From positions 510-64,509 of the forward strand of contig CAKRAH010000009.1 in NCBI GenBank assembly GCA_934294775.1: 64,000 nt of DNA, read 5' to 3'. Numbering within the stretch: position 1 is the stretch's first letter; every line of letters begins with the position of its first letter. Positions 53,911 through 63,287 of the stretch are shown piece after piece. Both the position numbers and the translations under genes were made by a program. The notes beneath the pieces are model-generated. The model was not told the origin of the DNA. It saw nothing but the letters and a program-made list of their open reading frames with translations, and ran no database searches. The stretch is from an uncultured Dorea sp. (GTDB lineage Bacteria > Bacillota > Clostridia > Lachnospirales > Lachnospiraceae).

Positions 53911-54530
53911 ATGTTGTAGTTCTGGTATCCGGAGGAGGAACTAATCTTCAGGCAATCATAGATGCAGTAGATTCCGGTGTGATTACTAATACAAAGATTG
54001 CAGGAGTCATCAGCAATAATAAAAATGCATATGCGCTGGAGCGTGCAAAAAAGCATGGGATTGCGAACCAGTGTATTTCTCCTAAGGATTATGAGACGCG
54101 TGAGATATTCAATCAGGAATTCATGAAGGCTGTAGATAAGCTGCAGCCGGATCTCATTGTACTTGCCGGCTTCCTGGTAGTGATTCCGGCAGAGATGATC
54201 GCAAAATACAGAAACCGCATGATCAACATTCATCCGTCATTGATCCCGGCTTTTTGCGGAACAGGATTTTATGGACTGAAGGTGCATGAAAAGGCACTGG
54301 AACGCGGCGTCAAAGTTGTGGGTGCGACGGTTCATTTTGTAGATGAAGGGACGGATACCGGACCGATCATTCTGCAAAAAGCGGTGGAAGTAGAACAGGG
54401 AGATACACCGGAAGTGTTACAAAGACGTGTGATGGAGCAGGCAGAATGGAAGATTCTTCCAAAGGCCATTGACCTGATCGCTAATGACAAGGTAAAAGTA
54501 GAAGGACATCATGTGACGATCGAGTCATAG
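53904..54530 (+). CDS. purN: Phosphoribosylglycinamide formyltransferase
   Basis: 208 aa with [22 protein letters not shown] and [17 protein letters not shown] motifs. Confidence 0.9.
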   Translation: MLNVVVLVSGGGTNLQAIIDAVDSGVITNTKIAGVISNNKNAYALERAKKHGIANQCISPKDYETREIFNQEFMKAVDKLQPDLIVLAGFLVVIPAEMIAKYRNRMINIHPSLIPAFCGTGFYGLKVHEKALERGVKVVGATVHFVDEGTDTGPIILQKAVEVEQGDTPEVLQRRVMEQAEWKILPKAIDLIANDKVKVEGHHVTIES

Positions 54531-54551
54531 AAGATAAAGGAGTAGTGTAAG

Positions 54552-55826
54552 ATGAAGGTATTAATCGTTGGAAGTGGCGGAAGAGAACATGCAATCGCAT
54601 ACAGCGTTGCAAAAAGCGATAAGGTAGATAAGATTTACTGTACTCCTGGAAATGCAGGAATTGCAGAATTCGCAGAATGCGCACCGGTCGGAGCGATGGA
54701 GTTCGATAAGATCGTAGCATTTGCAAAAGAAAAAGAGATCGATCTTGTGATCGTAGGTATGGATGATCCGTTAGTTGGCGGTCTGGTAGATGAACTGGAA
54801 GCAGCAGGAATCCGTACATTCGGACCTAGAAAAAATGCAGCAATCCTGGAGGGATCCAAGGCGTTTTCCAAGGATCTTATGAAAAAATATCATATTCCTA
54901 CCGCAGCATATGAGAATTTTACAGATCCGGACAAAGCAATTGAATATCTGAAGACAGAAGCAAAGTTCCCAATCGTATTAAAAGCAGACGGACTGGCACT
55001 TGGAAAAGGTGTACTCATTTGTCAGGATCTGAAAGAAGCAGAAGAAGGCGTGAAGACGATCATGCTGGATAAAAAGTTCGGTACAGCCGGCAATGAGATG
55101 GTCATCGAAGAATTCATGACAGGAAGAGAAGTATCGGTATTATCTTTTGTAGATGGTAATACGATCAAGACGATGACTTCCGCACAGGATCATAAGCGTG
55201 CAGGAGATGGAGATACAGGACTTAATACAGGCGGTATGGGTACATTTTCACCAAGTCCGTTCTATACAGAAGAAGTAGATGAATTCTGTAAGAAATATGT
55301 ATACCAGGCAACTGTTGATGCCATGAAGGCAGAAGGAAGACCATTTAAAGGTGTGATCTTCTTCGGACTGATGCTGACAGCGGACGGACCAAAAGTTCTG
55401 GAATACAATGCAAGATTCGGAGATCCGGAAGCCCAGGTTGTACTTCCTAGAATGAAGAATGATATCATTGACGTGGTAGAAGCATGTATTGACGGCACAC
55501 TGGATCAGATTGATCTGCAGTTTGAAGACAATGCGGCTGTATGTGTTGTTCTGGCAAGTGACGGATATCCGGTAAAATATGACAAAGGACTTCCGATCAG
55601 CGGACTGGATGAATTTAAAAAGCATGATGGTTATTACTGCTTCCATGCCGGTACAAAATTTGACGGAGATCAGATTGTAACAAATGGTGGACGTGTACTT
55701 GGTGTAACAGCAAAAGGAAAAGACTTAAAAGAAGCAAGAGCCAATGCCTATGCAGCAACAGAATGGGTAAAATTCGATAATAAATATATGCGTCATGATA
55801 TCGGTAAAGCGATCGATGAGGCATAA
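54552..55826 (+). CDS. purD: Phosphoribosylamine--glycine ligase
   Basis: 424 aa with KVLIVGSGGREHA, ATP-grasp motifs and YNARFGDPE. Confidence 0.9.
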   Translation: MKVLIVGSGGREHAIAYSVAKSDKVDKIYCTPGNAGIAEFAECAPVGAMEFDKIVAFAKEKEIDLVIVGMDDPLVGGLVDELEAAGIRTFGPRKNAAILEGSKAFSKDLMKKYHIPTAAYENFTDPDKAIEYLKTEAKFPIVLKADGLALGKGVLICQDLKEAEEGVKTIMLDKKFGTAGNEMVIEEFMTGREVSVLSFVDGNTIKTMTSAQDHKRAGDGDTGLNTGGMGTFSPSPFYTEEVDEFCKKYVYQATVDAMKAEGRPFKGVIFFGLMLTADGPKVLEYNARFGDPEAQVVLPRMKNDIIDVVEACIDGTLDQIDLQFEDNAAVCVVLASDGYPVKYDKGLPISGLDEFKKHDGYYCFHAGTKFDGDQIVTNGGRVLGVTAKGKDLKEARANAYAATEWVKFDNKYMRHDIGKAIDEA

Positions 55827-55909
55827 AAAGAAATATCATAAAGCAGATGCTTAGCAGCTGTATATAGAATGTTTCATGACAAATCATATTTGACAAAGAA
55901 TAGTACGAA

Positions 55910-55945
55910 AAAAAGAGCTTACGATTTTGGTTGTAAGCTCTTTTT
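55910..55945 (+). terminator. Intrinsic terminator after purD
   Basis: AAAGAGCTTAC-gattttggtt-GTAAGCTCTTT followed by TT. Confidence 0.65.
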
Positions 55946-55957
55946 AGTTGTGTTATA

Positions 55958-55985
55958 TTATCTCTATAACAAATGATAGAGATAA
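55958..55985 (+). promoter_or_regulatory. Perfect 10-bp inverted repeat just upstream of the GntR-clpC operon (candidate operator)
   Basis: TTATCTCTAT-aacaaatg-ATAGAGATAA. It is preceded by TGTTATATT (an extended -10-like element) and followed by the RBS and ATG at 55995. Confidence 0.45.
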
Positions 55986-55994
55986 GGTGATAGG

Positions 55995-56369
55995 ATGCTA
56001 ATAGAAATTGATTTTAACAGCAATGAAGCAATCTATGTGCAGTTACAGAATCAGATCATCATGGGAATTGCAACGGATATGATCCGGGAGGGAGATACAC
56101 TTCCTTCGGTCAGACAGCTGGCAGATACCGTGGGGATTAATATGCATACGGTGAATAAGGCTTATTCTATCCTTAAGCAGGAGGGATTCATACAGCTGGA
56201 TAGAAGAAGAGGGGCTGTGGTAGCCATAGACGCAGACAAGGCACAGGCAATGCTGAAACTCAGGGAAAAGCTTGCAATCTTACTTGCAAAAGGATGTTGT
56301 AAGAATATCGGTAGAGAAGATGTGCATGCATTGGTAGATGAGATATTTGACGAATATAGAAAGGAATAG
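55995..56369 (+). CDS. GntR-family (YtrA-like, short) transcriptional regulator
   Basis: 124 aa with the winged HTH GDTLPSVRQLADTVGINMHTVNKAYSILKQEGFI. Confidence 0.8.
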   Translation: MLIEIDFNSNEAIYVQLQNQIIMGIATDMIREGDTLPSVRQLADTVGINMHTVNKAYSILKQEGFIQLDRRRGAVVAIDADKAQAMLKLREKLAILLAKGCCKNIGREDVHALVDEIFDEYRKE

Positions 56370-56375
56370 ACAGGC

Positions 56376-58814
56376 ATGGATTACACAAGGCAGGCAAAGG
56401 AAGTGCTGGCGATTGCAGAAAAAAGTGCAAAAGAGATGGCACATCCTTATGTGGGGACAGAACACCTGCTTCTGGGACTTAGAAAGGTATATACCGGCGT
56501 GGCAGCACAGGTCCTTGGGGCAAATGGTGTAGATGAAGATAACATACAGAAGGTAATGGCAGAACTGATTTCTCCATCTGAGGAAACCGAAAGAAAAGGA
56601 AAGCCACAGTTCAGCCCGAGACTTTCTTATATATTAGAAGACAGTAAGATAGAAGCAGAACAGTTTCATTCAGATGAGATTGGAACAGAGCATATGTTAG
56701 TTGCGCTGATCCGGGATGTAGACTGTGTGGCTGCGAAGATCTTAAGCACACTGGGATCCAATCTTCAAAAGATTTATCTGGATATATTCGAAACCGTTGG
56801 GATCGATCCGAAAATGTATCAGGAAGAATACGGACCGGACGGGGGCAGAAGACGCGATGGAGTTCTGGATCAGTTCGGGACAGATCTGACGGCAGAGGCA
56901 GAAGAGGGAAAACTGGATCCGGTAATCGGAAGAGAAGAAGAAATCGGACGTCTGATGCAGGTGTTAAGCAGAAGAACAAAGAATAATCCGTGTCTGGTCG
57001 GGGAACCGGGTGTTGGAAAGACTGCAGTCATCGAAGGTCTGGCAACACAGATTGCAGAAGGCATTGTACCGGAAGGGATCAGAGATAAGAGAATCTATAC
57101 GATGGATCTTGCAAGCATGATTGCAGGATCAAAATACCGTGGTGAATTCGAAGAGCGTATGAAACGCCTGATCCAGGAAGTAAAGGCAGCAGGGAATATT
57201 ATATTATTCCTCGATGAAGTGCATACCATTATCGGTGCCGGCGGTGCAGAAGGGGCAATGGATGCGTCTAATATCCTGAAACCGTCTCTGGCAAGAGGAG
57301 AGCTTCAGTTGATCGGAGCAACGACGATTACAGAATATCGTAAATATATCGAAAAAGATGCAGCACTGGAAAGAAGATTCCAGCCGATCACAGTAGAAGA
57401 ACCGGATCAGGAAAAATGTCTGGAGATATTAAAGGGCTTACGTCCAAGATATGAAAAGCACCATAAAGTAAAGATACAGGATGAAGCACTTGAGGCGGCA
57501 GTAAGATATTCCAGCCGTTACATTAACGACCGTTTCCTTCCAGATAAGGCAATCGATGTGGTAGATGAGGCATGCTCAAAGGTAGGACTTCGTGGATTCA
57601 AAGTCCCGGACAATATCTATAAGCTTGAAAAGACCGGACAAGAGCTGGAAAAAGATCTGGAGGATGCAATCCGTCATGGAGATATGACAGAGGCATCACT
57701 GCTTCACAAAGAACTGCATGCGACGGAAGAAAAGCTGGAACAGATTAAGAAACGCTTCCACAAGAAGAACGACGGCAAACATCTGGAAGTTACAGAGGAT
57801 GATATTACAGAAGTTGTGGCACAGTGGACGAAGATTCCGGTCAGCCGTCTGGCAGAATCGGAAAGCACCAGATTAAACAAACTGGAGCAGACACTTCATA
57901 AACGTGTCATCGGACAGGACGAAGCAGTAACAGCCGTAGCAAAATCAATCAAACGCGGAAGAGTCGGATTAAAAGATCCAAAACGCCCGATCGGATCATT
58001 CATGTTCCTTGGACCAACTGGTGTTGGAAAGACAGAATTATCCAAAGCACTGGCAGAAGCACTTTTCGGAGATGAAAATTCGATGATCCGTGTAGATATG
58101 TCAGAGTATATGGAAAAGCACAGTGTGGCAAAGATGATCGGTTCGCCTCCGGGATACGTGGGACATGATGATGGAGGCCAGTTAAGTGAACAGGTAAGAA
58201 GACATCCATATTCTGTAGTACTTTTTGATGAGATTGAAAAAGCGCATCCGGATGTATTCAATATATTATTACAGGTGCTGGATGACGGACATATTACAGA
58301 TTCACAGGGAAGAAAAGTAGATTTTTCCAACACAGTGATTATCATGACATCTAATGCTGGAGCACAGTCCATTATCGATCCGAAGAAGCTTGGATTCAAT
58401 ACAAAAGAAGATGCGTCGGGAGATTACAAGCGGATGAAGAGCAATGTGATGAACGAGATCAAGTTCATCTTCCGTCCGGAGTTCTTAAACCGTATCGATG
58501 AGATACTGGTATTCCATCCACTGACACAGGAACAGATGCAGAAAATTGTCGGCCTGATGTGTAAAGAACTCATAAAACGCGCAAAAGAACAGCTTGGAAT
58601 CAAGCTTACAATCCGTGATTCCGTGAAGAAACACATTGTAGAGACCGGCATGGATAAAAAATACGGTGCAAGACCACTAAGAAGAGCTGTGCAGAATCAG
58701 CTGGAGGATAAACTTGCAGAAGCCATACTGAACGGTGAGATTGGAAGAGACATGGAAGTCGTTGCCGGAATCTCTAAAAAAGAAATTAAATTTACAGCAA
58801 AGACTACAAATTAA
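56376..58814 (+). CDS. clpC: ATP-dependent Clp protease ATP-binding subunit ClpC
   Basis: 812 aa. Clp_N repeats, two AAA+ modules (GEPGVGKTA; GPTGVGKTE), a UVR-like middle segment and the ClpB D2-small C-terminus. Confidence 0.9.
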   Translation: MDYTRQAKEVLAIAEKSAKEMAHPYVGTEHLLLGLRKVYTGVAAQVLGANGVDEDNIQKVMAELISPSEETERKGKPQFSPRLSYILEDSKIEAEQFHSDEIGTEHMLVALIRDVDCVAAKILSTLGSNLQKIYLDIFETVGIDPKMYQEEYGPDGGRRRDGVLDQFGTDLTAEAEEGKLDPVIGREEEIGRLMQVLSRRTKNNPCLVGEPGVGKTAVIEGLATQIAEGIVPEGIRDKRIYTMDLASMIAGSKYRGEFEERMKRLIQEVKAAGNIILFLDEVHTIIGAGGAEGAMDASNILKPSLARGELQLIGATTITEYRKYIEKDAALERRFQPITVEEPDQEKCLEILKGLRPRYEKHHKVKIQDEALEAAVRYSSRYINDRFLPDKAIDVVDEACSKVGLRGFKVPDNIYKLEKTGQELEKDLEDAIRHGDMTEASLLHKELHATEEKLEQIKKRFHKKNDGKHLEVTEDDITEVVAQWTKIPVSRLAESESTRLNKLEQTLHKRVIGQDEAVTAVAKSIKRGRVGLKDPKRPIGSFMFLGPTGVGKTELSKALAEALFGDENSMIRVDMSEYMEKHSVAKMIGSPPGYVGHDDGGQLSEQVRRHPYSVVLFDEIEKAHPDVFNILLQVLDDGHITDSQGRKVDFSNTVIIMTSNAGAQSIIDPKKLGFNTKEDASGDYKRMKSNVMNEIKFIFRPEFLNRIDEILVFHPLTQEQMQKIVGLMCKELIKRAKEQLGIKLTIRDSVKKHIVETGMDKKYGARPLRRAVQNQLEDKLAEAILNGEIGRDMEVVAGISKKEIKFTAKTTN

Positions 58815-58898
58815 AAATATTTTATTATATAATAGAATGAACGAAAGAAGATGTTACGGTTTGAACAGTAACAAGAAGAACCTTAGGAGGACAAAAAA

Positions 58899-59312
58899 AT
58901 GGCAGCAGTGAAAGAGCTTTTAAGAGCTGAAACAGACGGTACACTTAGTTTTGGAGATTACACATTAGAGAGTAAAACTAAGCTGGATGGATTTGATTTT
59001 CAGGGGGATATCTACAAAGTTAAGACGTTCAAAGAGATTACAAAGTTAGAAAAGAACGGAATGTTTGTATATGAATCCGTACCGGGAACTGCAGTAGAAA
59101 ACTTTAAAGCAACAGAAAATGTAGTTTCATTCAAGGTTTGTGGAGAGACAGACTTCCAGTTCACACTTGGAATGGAAGCAGATGCAGAATATGTAGTATA
59201 TATGGATGATGTCAATATCGGAGATATGACAACAAACTTAAGTGGAAAGCTCAGCGTAAGTGCAGAAGCTGATCCGGGCAAAGAGATTGAGATCAAAGTT
59301 GTAAGAAAATAA
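58899..59312 (+). CDS. Hypothetical protein (137 aa), predicted beta-rich
   Basis: Strong RBS (AGGAGG 8 nt upstream). It is tightly packed between clpC and radA, with a TAATG junction to radA. Family not recognised. Confidence 0.55.
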   Translation: MAAVKELLRAETDGTLSFGDYTLESKTKLDGFDFQGDIYKVKTFKEITKLEKNGMFVYESVPGTAVENFKATENVVSFKVCGETDFQFTLGMEADAEYVVYMDDVNIGDMTTNLSGKLSVSAEADPGKEIEIKVVRK

Positions 59313-60679
59313 TGGCAAAAGCAAAAAAGAGCGTTTATTTCTGTCAGAACTGTGGACATGAAGAGAGCAAATGGCTGGGACAGTGCCCGATGTGCAAAGA
59401 ATGGAATACATTTGTGGAAGAAAAAGTAGTGACGACCGCAGGTGGAATCTTAAGAGGCAGCAGCGTGGCAAAGCCGAAAAGCCAGATCGTAACCCTGTCC
59501 AGTGTATTAACGACAGATGAAGAACGGACAAAAACTGGAATTAAAGAATTAGACAGAGTATTAGGCGGGGGAATCGTACAAGGTTCCCTCGTATTAGTAG
59601 GAGGAGATCCGGGAATCGGTAAGTCGACCCTGTTATTGCAGGTCTGCCAGAAGCTGGCAGCTATGAAGAAAAAAGTCCTGTATATATCCGGAGAAGAATC
59701 CTTAAAACAGATTAAACTGCGTGCGAACCGTATGGGAGAATTCTCAGACAGCCTGTATCTTCTGTGTGAGACAAATCTTGCGACAATACAGAGTGTGATT
59801 GAAAAAGAGACGCCGGATGTCGTAGTGATCGATTCGATCCAGACGATGTATAACGAAGAGGTATCATCGGCTCCGGGAAGTGTCTCGCAGGTGCGGGAGT
59901 CGACGAATGTCCTGATGCAGCTTGCAAAAGGCCTGAACATATCTACCTTTATTGTAGGACATGTAACAAAAGAAGGAACCGTTGCAGGACCAAGAGTACT
60001 GGAGCATATGGTAGATACAGTGCTTTATTTTGAAGGTGACAGACATGCATCATACAGAATCCTGCGCGGGGTTAAGAACCGGTTTGGGTCTACGAATGAG
60101 ATCGGTGTCTTCGAGATGCGAAGAGAAGGCTTATGTGAAGTGGAAAATCCATCGGAATTCATGCTAAGTGGTAAGCCGGAGAATGCCTCGGGATCTGTTG
60201 TGGCATGTGCGATGGAAGGAACCAGACCGATGCTTATGGAGATTCAGGCGCTGATCTGCAGAAGTAATTTTGGAATGCCAAGGAGAACAGCGGCAGGGCT
60301 TGACTATAACCGCGTCAATCTTCTGATGGCAGTTCTTGAAAAAAGAATGGGACTGCCACTGTCTAATTATGATGCATATGTTAATATTGCCGGAGGAATC
60401 CGTATGAATGAACCGGCAGCGGATCTCGGAATCGTGATGGCGATTGCATCCAGCTATAAGAATAAGCCAATATCCGAAGATACGATCGTATTTGGAGAGG
60501 TTGGATTAAGCGGCGAAGTAAGAGCTGTAACCATGCCGGAACAACGTGTTGCCGAAGCGAAGAAACTTGGCTTTAAGACCTGTATCGTACCGGAAGTGTC
60601 GATTAAGACCATCGGTAAGGTGAGTGGTATTGAAGTAATCGGGGTTAGTAGTGTGAACCAGGCGATGAATTATATTTAA
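59312..60679 (+). CDS. radA: DNA repair protein RadA/Sms
   Basis: 455 aa. N-terminal zinc finger CQNCGHEESKWLGQCPMCKEW, Walker A GDPGIGKST, KNRFG motif and a Lon-like C-terminal domain. Confidence 0.92.
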   Translation: MAKAKKSVYFCQNCGHEESKWLGQCPMCKEWNTFVEEKVVTTAGGILRGSSVAKPKSQIVTLSSVLTTDEERTKTGIKELDRVLGGGIVQGSLVLVGGDPGIGKSTLLLQVCQKLAAMKKKVLYISGEESLKQIKLRANRMGEFSDSLYLLCETNLATIQSVIEKETPDVVVIDSIQTMYNEEVSSAPGSVSQVRESTNVLMQLAKGLNISTFIVGHVTKEGTVAGPRVLEHMVDTVLYFEGDRHASYRILRGVKNRFGSTNEIGVFEMRREGLCEVENPSEFMLSGKPENASGSVVACAMEGTRPMLMEIQALICRSNFGMPRRTAAGLDYNRVNLLMAVLEKRMGLPLSNYDAYVNIAGGIRMNEPAADLGIVMAIASSYKNKPISEDTIVFGEVGLSGEVRAVTMPEQRVAEAKKLGFKTCIVPEVSIKTIGKVSGIEVIGVSSVNQAMNYI

Positions 60680-60696
60680 AAGAAATGATATGCAAG

Positions 60697-60724
60697 AAGA
60701 CCTGCCAGTCGGCAGGTCTTTTTT
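60697..60724 (+). terminator. Intrinsic terminator after radA (sequence-related to the dispersed hairpin repeat core)
   Basis: AAGACCTGCC-agtc-GGCAGGTCTT, a perfect 10-bp stem, followed by TTTT. Confidence 0.75.
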
Positions 60725-60731
60725 GACAACT

Positions 60732-60935
60732 TTATAAACTTGCTTCAACGAGTACAGCCACAGCCATGGCATCGTCCTCCGTGAATCCCTGTGCGCAGGT
60801 AAGGATTGTCTGTACGTAGTCTTTTGGAAGATCGAGTTTGTGACAGATAGTGTCCATGTCACGGCCTTCCAGATTCAATTCAGTTACATTTTTAACGTCC
60901 TCTTTGATTTGTTCCATTGATAAATTTGCATCCAT
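60732..60935 (-). CDS. Hypothetical small acidic protein (67 aa)
   Basis: AGAGGAGG lies 8 nt upstream of the ATG on the minus strand. The gene starts 28 nt downstream of the coaBC stop. Family not recognised. Confidence 0.55.
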   Translation of the reverse strand: MDANLSMEQIKEDVKNVTELNLEGRDMDTICHKLDLPKDYVQTILTCAQGFTEDDAMAVAVLVEASL

Positions 60936-60963
60936 GATAAGTTCCTCCTCTTAAATCTCAAGG

Positions 60964-62160
60964 TTATTTCTTAAGCTCTAATATTTTATCTAACAGTCGG
61001 AATGCGACGTCTTCTTTACTCATGAGTTCCAGTTCGAATACCTGATCTTCGGTGATCATAGTAACGATATTGGTATCTGTTTCAAATCCGGCGCCCTGCA
61101 TCTTCAGGTTGTTGGCTACGATCATATCCAGATTCTTTTTCTGGAGCTTTTTCTTGGAATTTTCGAGCATGTTCTGGGTTTCCATAGAAAAACCACACAG
61201 GAACTGTCCGGCTTTTTTGTGCTCGCCAAGGTATTTTAAGATGTCGTCTGTGCGTTCCAGTGGGATGGACATGGCATCGTCGTCTTTTTTCTTGATCTTT
61301 TCATCGGCGACGTTACAAGGTCTGTAGTCAGCAACGGCAGCAGCTTTGATGATAATATCCATCTCAGCACTTCGGGAAGTCACTTCTTCGTACATATCTT
61401 TTGCGGAGATAACCGGGACAGTATTGACGAACAAAGGCGCTTCAAGAGAAGTGCGTCCGCTTACCAGTGTGACGTCGGCACCACGAAGTGCGCAGGCTTT
61501 TGCAATACTGTAACCCATCTTTCCGGAAGAGTGGTTGGTGATATAACGTACCGGGTCGATCGCTTCCTGTGTAGGTCCGGCGGTAACCAGTACTTTCATG
61601 CCGGCCATATCTTTTTCATGAGCAACTGCTTTACACAGATATTGGAATAAAGTTTCCGGTTCCGGCATCTTTCCGGCGCCGCTGTCTCCACAGGCCAGAT
61701 GTCCGCAGGCAGGGGTGATAACCTCCATACCATAATGCTGTAGTAACCGGATATTGTCCTGTGTAACCGGGTTTTCATACATACCGGTGTTCATAGCCGG
61801 GGCAATGATCTTAGGTGCGCGGCTGGCAAGAATTGTGGTTGTCAGCATATCATCGGCAAGTCCGTGGGAAAGTTTTGCTATAACATTAGCCGTTGCCGGG
61901 GCAACCATGATCACATCAGCAAGCTGGGCAAGAGCCACATGCTCTACTTTGAATTCAAAATTGCGGTCAAATGTATCTACGACACATTTATGTCCGGTTA
62001 AAGTCTCGAATGTAATTGGATTAATAAAATTTGTGGCATTCTCTGTCATGATAACATGGACATCAGCCCCTGACTTTACAAGAAGACTTGCCAGATTTGC
62101 AATTTTATAAGAAGCAATGCCTCCGGTAACGCCAAGCAGGATATGTTTTCCTTTTAACAT
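60964..62160 (-). CDS. coaBC: Bifunctional phosphopantothenoylcysteine decarboxylase / phosphopantothenate--cysteine ligase
   Basis: 398 aa. N-terminal flavoprotein domain (ILLGVTGGIASYK, APATANVIAK) and C-terminal CoaB domain (VTAGPTQEAIDPVRYITNHSSGKMG, AAAVADY). Confidence 0.9.
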   Translation of the reverse strand: MLKGKHILLGVTGGIASYKIANLASLLVKSGADVHVIMTENATNFINPITFETLTGHKCVVDTFDRNFEFKVEHVALAQLADVIMVAPATANVIAKLSHGLADDMLTTTILASRAPKIIAPAMNTGMYENPVTQDNIRLLQHYGMEVITPACGHLACGDSGAGKMPEPETLFQYLCKAVAHEKDMAGMKVLVTAGPTQEAIDPVRYITNHSSGKMGYSIAKACALRGADVTLVSGRTSLEAPLFVNTVPVISAKDMYEEVTSRSAEMDIIIKAAAVADYRPCNVADEKIKKKDDDAMSIPLERTDDILKYLGEHKKAGQFLCGFSMETQNMLENSKKKLQKKNLDMIVANNLKMQGAGFETDTNIVTMITEDQVFELELMSKEDVAFRLLDKILELKK

Positions 62161-62473
62161 AAATATGCATCCTCATTTCATTACGTTCTTGTTGGTTATC
62201 ATGTGAATAAGCATTTATGCAAAATATAGTCATAACTGCCAGGTTTCATATTCACATGGTAAAATAAAACAATTATAATCACTATAGCTCTTTTTTGCGA
62301 TTCTTGCAAGATGTAGGATGCGAATGAAAGTAATAATGAAGAAAAAAGTGGGAAAACTGGGCATATTGTACGTTTTTTTGTACTTGTTTGGGAAAGGGGT
62401 GAATGATATAATGAGACACGATAATTGTATTGTATCCTGCAGGGCAGGAATGATAACAAGGAGGAAATTGAAT

Positions 62474-63118
62474 ATGAAAACGAAGAAACATGACACAAGC
62501 TGGATGGTCAGTGTTGCACTTATGGCAGCGATTGTAATCGTTCTGGCGAATACGCCGCTTGGAATGATACAGCTTCCGATTATTAAGGCGACAACGGTAC
62601 ATATTCCGGTAATTCTTGGAGCAATTTTATTAGGACCGGCAGCCGGGGCAATCTTAGGCGGTGTATTTGGACTGTGTTCACTGATCAGTAATACGATGGC
62701 ACCGACATTATTGTCATTTGCATTTTCACCATTTATGAGCACGACGGGGATACCGGGAGCTATGAAAGCAATCTGGATTTCTGTAGGATGCAGGATTTTA
62801 ATCGGTGTGGCAGCAGGATGGCTGTGGATTCTTTTATCAAAAATAAAGTTAAATAGCGTGATCGCACTTCCAATCGTAGGATTTGCAGGAGCAATGGTAA
62901 ATACGATTACAGTTATGGGAAGCATCTACCTTCTGTTTGCAAAACAGTACGCAGAAGCAAAGGATGTAGCCGTTGGCGCAGTATGGGGCCTGGTAATGGG
63001 AACCGTAACAGCATCCGGAATCCCGGAAGCAATCGCAGCGGCAATTCTTGTTCTGGCAATCGGAAAAGTATTACTTGGGGTATTCAAGAAGATGAATATC
63101 GGAACAGCGAAAGCGTAA
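62474..63118 (+). CDS. ECF-transporter substrate-specific (S) component, possibly pantothenate-specific by context
   Basis: ATG at 62474 lies ~8 nt after AGGAGGAA. The ~215-aa protein has 6 TM helices and an ECF S-component-like N-terminus (VALMAAIVIVLANTPLGMIQLPIIKATTVHIPVILGAILLGP). It is divergent from coaBC. The specificity is inference only. Confidence 0.6.
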   Translation: MKTKKHDTSWMVSVALMAAIVIVLANTPLGMIQLPIIKATTVHIPVILGAILLGPAAGAILGGVFGLCSLISNTMAPTLLSFAFSPFMSTTGIPGAMKAIWISVGCRILIGVAAGWLWILLSKIKLNSVIALPIVGFAGAMVNTITVMGSIYLLFAKQYAEAKDVAVGAVWGLVMGTVTASGIPEAIAAAILVLAIGKVLLGVFKKMNIGTAKA

Positions 63119-63204
63119 GAGAGTAATATAGATAATAATAAATGAATCGAAAAAGTAAAAGAGCTGTTATTAGGAAGCTTTTTATGAGTGATACATTATA
63201 ATAT

Positions 63205-63285
63205 AAAAAAATCAGAGATGATTCGGGTTCGATGAAGATATAATGGCAGATATATTTTCATTGAAAAGATCATCTCTGATTTTTT
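63205..63285. terminator. Long-loop 17-bp perfect inverted repeat flanked by A-run and T-run (candidate bidirectional terminator)
   Basis: AAAAAATCAGAGATGAT ...46 nt... ATCATCTCTGATTTTTT, between convergent genes. Confidence 0.45.
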
Positions 63286-63287
63286 GG

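Noticed and set aside
59344-59940. 198-aa minus-strand ORF inside radA, and similar long antisense ORFs (2606-3112, 12604-13050, 23086-23553, 27148-27549, 29276-29875, 37177-37638, 57896-58399)
   Set aside because: All lie opposite CDS with unambiguous family motifs. They lack RBSs and have the atypical composition of shadow frames.
62230-62925. 231-aa minus-strand ORF, and the 62318 start of the + strand ORF
   Set aside because: The minus-strand ORF is a shadow of the ECF S-component gene, a hydrophobic mirror frame with no RBS. The + ORF upstream of 62474 crosses the divergent promoter region and lacks an RBS, whereas ATG 62474 has AGGAGGAA.
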